Assembly (NCBI RefSeq): GCF_009914755.1
Contig: NC_060938.1
Length of the DNA: 64,000 bases
Reading direction: 5' to 3' (one strand)
Source of the DNA: the human T2T-CHM13v2.0 reference genome, Homo sapiens
Positions 58,036 to 64,000 of this stretch are shown here, in pieces; the stretch's first letter is position 1, and the number at the start of each line of letters is the position of its first letter. The position numbers and the translations under genes were made by a program. The notes beneath the pieces are model-generated. The model searched no databases and was not told the DNA's origin. It saw nothing but the letters and a program-made list of their open reading frames with translations.

Positions 58036-58954
58036 AGGTCTAACATCCAGTATCTGTAAGGAACTTAAACAAATTTACAAAAAACCCCTAACCCACCCCA
58101 TTAAAAAGTAGGCAAAGGATATAAACACACACTTCTCAAAAGAAGACATACATGCTGCCAACAATCATATGAATAAAAACTCAACATCACTGATCATCAG
58201 AGAAATGCAAATCAAAACCACAATGAGGTACCACTTCACACCAATCAGAATGGCTATTACTAAAAAGTCAAAAATAACAGATGCTAGCAAGGTTGTGGAG
58301 AAAAAGGATCGCTTCCACAATTTTGGTGGGAGTGTAAATTAGTTCAACCATTGTGGAAGACAGTATGGCAACTTCTCAAAGACCTAAAGTCAGAACTACC
58401 ATTTCATCCAGCAATCCCATTACTGGGTATATACCCAAAGGAATATAAATTGTTCTATTATAAAGACACAGGCATGTATATGTTTATTGCAGCACTATTT
58501 ACAATAGCAAAGACAGGGATCAGCCCAAGTGCCTGTCAGTGATAGACTGGATAAAGAAAGTGGGTAGATATACACATGGAATAGTACACAGTCATAAAAA
58601 CAATGAGATCATGTCCTTTACAGGGACATGGACGGAGCTGGAGGCCATTATCCTTAGCAAACTAATGCAGGAACAGGAAACCAATACTGCTTGTTCTCAC
58701 TTATGAGTGTGAGCTAAATGATGAGAACACAGAGACACACAGAGGGGAACAACACGCATTGGGGCCTTTCAGAGGGTAGAGGGTGGGAGGAGGGAGAGAA
58801 GCAGGAAAAGTAACTGGCGGATACTAGGCTTAATACCTGGGGGATGAAATAATCTTTACAACCAACCCCCCTGACACGTGTTTACCTATGTAACAAATCT
58901 GCACATCCTGCACATCTACCCCTTAACTTAAAAGTGAAAAAAAAAAAAAAAAAG
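58036..58954 (+). mobile_element. 5'-truncated older L1PA (about L1PA13-15) inside the L1 5'UTR
   Basis: 3'UTR ...GGCTTAATACCTGGGGGATGAAATAATC... plus poly(A); TSD AAAAGA(C/G)GTG(T/C)CTGTCTGA at 58017-35 and 58955-73. Confidence 0.85.
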
Positions 58955-59731
58955 AAAAGAGGTGCCTGTCTGATCTGAATAGCTAGAACACTGGGTCAGG
59001 AATGTGACTGGGAGACAGATTGCTTTCCTGCTGGCCTGTGAGGGGATCTAAGGTGGGTCCCTCCCTTCCACCTGAAAAGACCTCAGTGAGTTTCACTGAG
59101 CACTCCCCTAGACACCTCTGTGAAGGCTGGTACTTCCGCCCACCATTGGTTATTGCATTTACCTACCAGCTTTAGCCACAGCCAGTTTTTGCCTGTGGCC
59201 ACCTCTTACTGGCCTGAAGCCTGAACTGTTCGACCCAGTGAATAAAATACTGGGTAAATAAAGAAAGAAATAATTGAGTGAACACCACTGGGGAATGAGA
59301 TAAGCTTCAAGAGACCTCTGCCATTCCAACTCCACAGGAGACAGTAAATTTGCTCACACACCAAGCACATTGCTACTGTAACTAGCATCTGAGGAAGCCA
59401 TCACATAAAGAGTCTCTATAACCAAGGAGCTCATACAGAATCTTCACCCCTGAAAGCACCCAGAGCCAAATTAGGTTATGATAACTTATAAACATTAAAG
59501 TCACATCCTCAAGGGGAAAAAAAGAAACAAACAACAACAAAAAACACAGTCAAATAAAAAGTGAGCCAGAAATAAATTAAAACATAATTAGAAGAAATAG
59601 ACTACCCAAAAGAGAAGAAAACAGAAAAATAATTCTGGCAATGTGACAGAACAGCATTCTACAACAACTTCAAAAGATCACAGCCACTCTCCAGAAATGG
59701 ATCCAAACCAAGATGAAATCTTTGAAATACC

Positions 59732-60006
<275 letters not shown>

Positions 60007-60907
60007 TTATTAAGTTACTCAGGGAGATACAAGAGAAAGGTGAAAAACAATATAAAGAAATGAGAATATCAATTTATAATATGAGTGAAAAATTTTCTAA
60101 AGAGGTAGATATTTTAAGGAAAAACCAGTTGGAACTTCCAGAAATGAAAAATATATTTAGAGAATTACAAAATGCAGTGGAATTACAAAACACAGTGGAA
60201 TGTTTTAACAATAGACTAAACCAAGTAGAAGAAAAAATTTAAAAGACAAGGCTTTAAAATTAACCTAATCAGGCAAAAATAAATAAAAAAATTCAAAGAA
60301 ATGAACAAAGTCTACAATAAATATGGGATTATGTAAAATGGCTAAACCTAAGAATGGCTGGTGTCCCTGAGGGAGAAGAAAATGCAAAAAGTTTGGGAAA
60401 TTTATTCGAAGAAATAATTGAAGAAAACTTCCATGGCCTTGCTAGAGATTTAGTCATCCAAATACAAGAAATCCAAAGAACTTCTGGGAGATTTATTGCA
60501 AAAAGGACATTACAAAGGCATATAGTCATCAGCCTATCTAAATTTAATGGGAAGGAAATATTTTTAAGAGCAGCGAGAAAAAGGCATCAGGTAACCTATA
60601 AAGGAAAGCCTATCAGACTTCTCCGCAGAAACCTTACAAGCTAGAAGGGACTGGGGTCCTATCTTTAGCCTCCTTAAACAGAATAACTGTCAGCCAAGAG
60701 TTTTGTATCCAGCAAAATTATGTTTTATAAATAAAGGAGAAATACAATATTTTTTAGACAAGCAAATGCTAAGGGAATTTGTTACTACAAGGCCAGCCCT
60801 AAAAGCAATGCTAAAAGGAATTCTAAATCTTGAAACAAAAGGTTGATATGCACCAGAATAGAACCTTTTGAAAGTATAAAACTCACAGGGTCTATAAAAC
60901 AATAACA

Positions 60908-62170
<1,263 letters not shown>

Positions 62171-64000
62171 AAAACAATAACACCATGAAGAAAACAAAGT
62201 AACTAGGTAACAATCAATATGATGGTGAGGACAGTACTTCACATCTCAATATTAACACTGAAAGTAAATGGTCTAAATGCTCTACTTAAAAGATATGGAT
62301 TGGCATAATGGATAAAAAAATTACAAACCAAATATCTTCTGTTTTCCAGGGATACATATAACACATAAGGATTCTTATAGACTCAAGGCAAAGGGGTGGA
62401 AAAAGATATTCCATGCAAAAGAAAATCAAAACTAAGCAGGAGTAACCATTCTTATATCAGATAAAAGAGACTTTTAAACAACAACAGTAAAAAAAAGACA
62501 AAGAAGGTCATTATATAATGATAAAAGGATCAATCCAACAAGAAGATATTACCATCTTAAATATATATGCACCTAATTCTGGAGCTCCCACATTCATAAA
62601 ACAATTGTTACTAGACCCAAGAAAAGAGATAACAGCAACACAATAATAGTGGGGGACTTCAACACTCCACTGATAGCACTAGACAGAACATCAAGACAGA
62701 AAGTCAACCAAAGACACTGGACTTAAATTGCACTCTAGAACAAATGGACCTAACAGATATTTACAGAACATTTTCCCCAAGAGCTACAGAATATACATTC
62801 TTCTCATCAGCGCATGGAACATCCTCTAAGATAGACCATATAGTAGGCCACAAAACATGTCTCAATAAATTAAAAACCATCAAAATCATATCACGTATCT
62901 TCTCAGACCACATTGGAATAAAAACTAGAAATCAATTCCAAAAAGGAACCCTCAAAACTATACAAATACATGGAAATTAAACAATCTTCTCCTAAATAAT
63001 TTTGGGGTTAACAATGAAATCAAGATGGAAATTAAAAAATTATTTTAAATGAATGATAATGTGACACAATTCATCAAAATCTGTGGGATACAGCAGAAGC
63101 AGTGCTAAGAAGAAAGTTATAGCACTAAATGGTTTTATCAAAAAGTCTGAAAGTAGCAAATTGACAACCAAATGTTACACTTCAAGGAACTAGAGAAACA
63201 AGAAAAAATGAAACCCAAAGCTAGAAGAAGAAAATCAATAGCAAAGATCAGAGTAGAACTAAATGAAATTTGAAGCCAAAAATCCATACAAAAGGTCAAT
63301 GAAACAAAAAGTTGGTTCTTTGAAAAGATAAACAAAATCGATAGATCATTAGCTAGACTAACCAAGAAAAGAAGAGTGAAGATTCAACTAAGCTCAATTT
63401 GAAATGAAAATAGAGACATTACAACCAACACCACAGAAATAGAAAAGATCATTCAAGATTGCTATGAACACCTCTATGTACATGTCTAGAGGAAATAGAT
63501 AAATATCTGGAAACATACAACCCTCCTAGCTTGAATCAGGAAGAAACAGAAATTCTGAACAGACCAATAACAAGTGGTGAAATAGAATCAGTAATAAAAA
63601 AATTGCCAAGAACAACAAAAACAACAATAAAAAACTCAGAGCCAGTGGATTCACAGCTGAATTCTACCAGCCATTCAAAGAAAAATTGGTACCAGTCCTA
63701 CTGAAACTATTCCAAAAGATTGAGAAGAGGGAATCACCCCAAATTATTCTATGAAGCCAGTATCATCCTGATACCAAAGCCAGGAAAGGACATAACAACA
63801 AAAAAAGAAAACTACAGACCCATATCCCTGATTAACATACATGTAAAAATTCTGAATAAAATATTAGCAAACTAAATCCAACAGAAAATCGAAAAGATAT
63901 GTCATCCCAGGGATGTAGGGATGGTTCAACATACTCAAGTCAATAAATGTGATTCATCACATAAACATAATCAAATACAAAAACTACACGATCATTTCAA

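Overview
Human genomic DNA (a near-consensus AluYa5 is present) from the chromosome 14 granzyme/cathepsin G cluster. It holds two complete five-exon serine protease genes on the minus strand: GZMH (CDS 22495->19485, 246 aa) and GZMB (CDS 47044->43954, 247 aa). This GZMB copy is the R55-A94-H247 ('RAH') allele. Roughly 55% of the window (hand estimate) is LINE-1, often nested, with Alus, MaLR/ERVL LTRs, an ERVL pol/dUTPase relic and two DNA-transposon relics (MADE1, MER44) each split by an L1PA8. Nearly all other ORFs in the supplied track are repeat fragments or noise. I cannot support a new gene or a wholly new biological system. The best leads are regulatory and evolutionary: (1) an NF-kB 10-mer matching a recalled GZMB downstream enhancer site lies inside an L1PA8 5'UTR; (2) a STAT5-type GAS site sits at the homologous intron-1 position of both paralogues; (3) GZMH intron 2 has an array of four perfect nuclear-receptor half-sites; (4) a layered GZMB/GZMH gene-conversion tract overlaps the P94A polymorphism; (5) a 126-bp non-repeat inverted duplication lies just downstream of GZMB; (6) several L1 insertions are mechanistically unusual. 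Repeat subfamily names come from recognition by eye and need Dfam/RepeatMasker confirmation.
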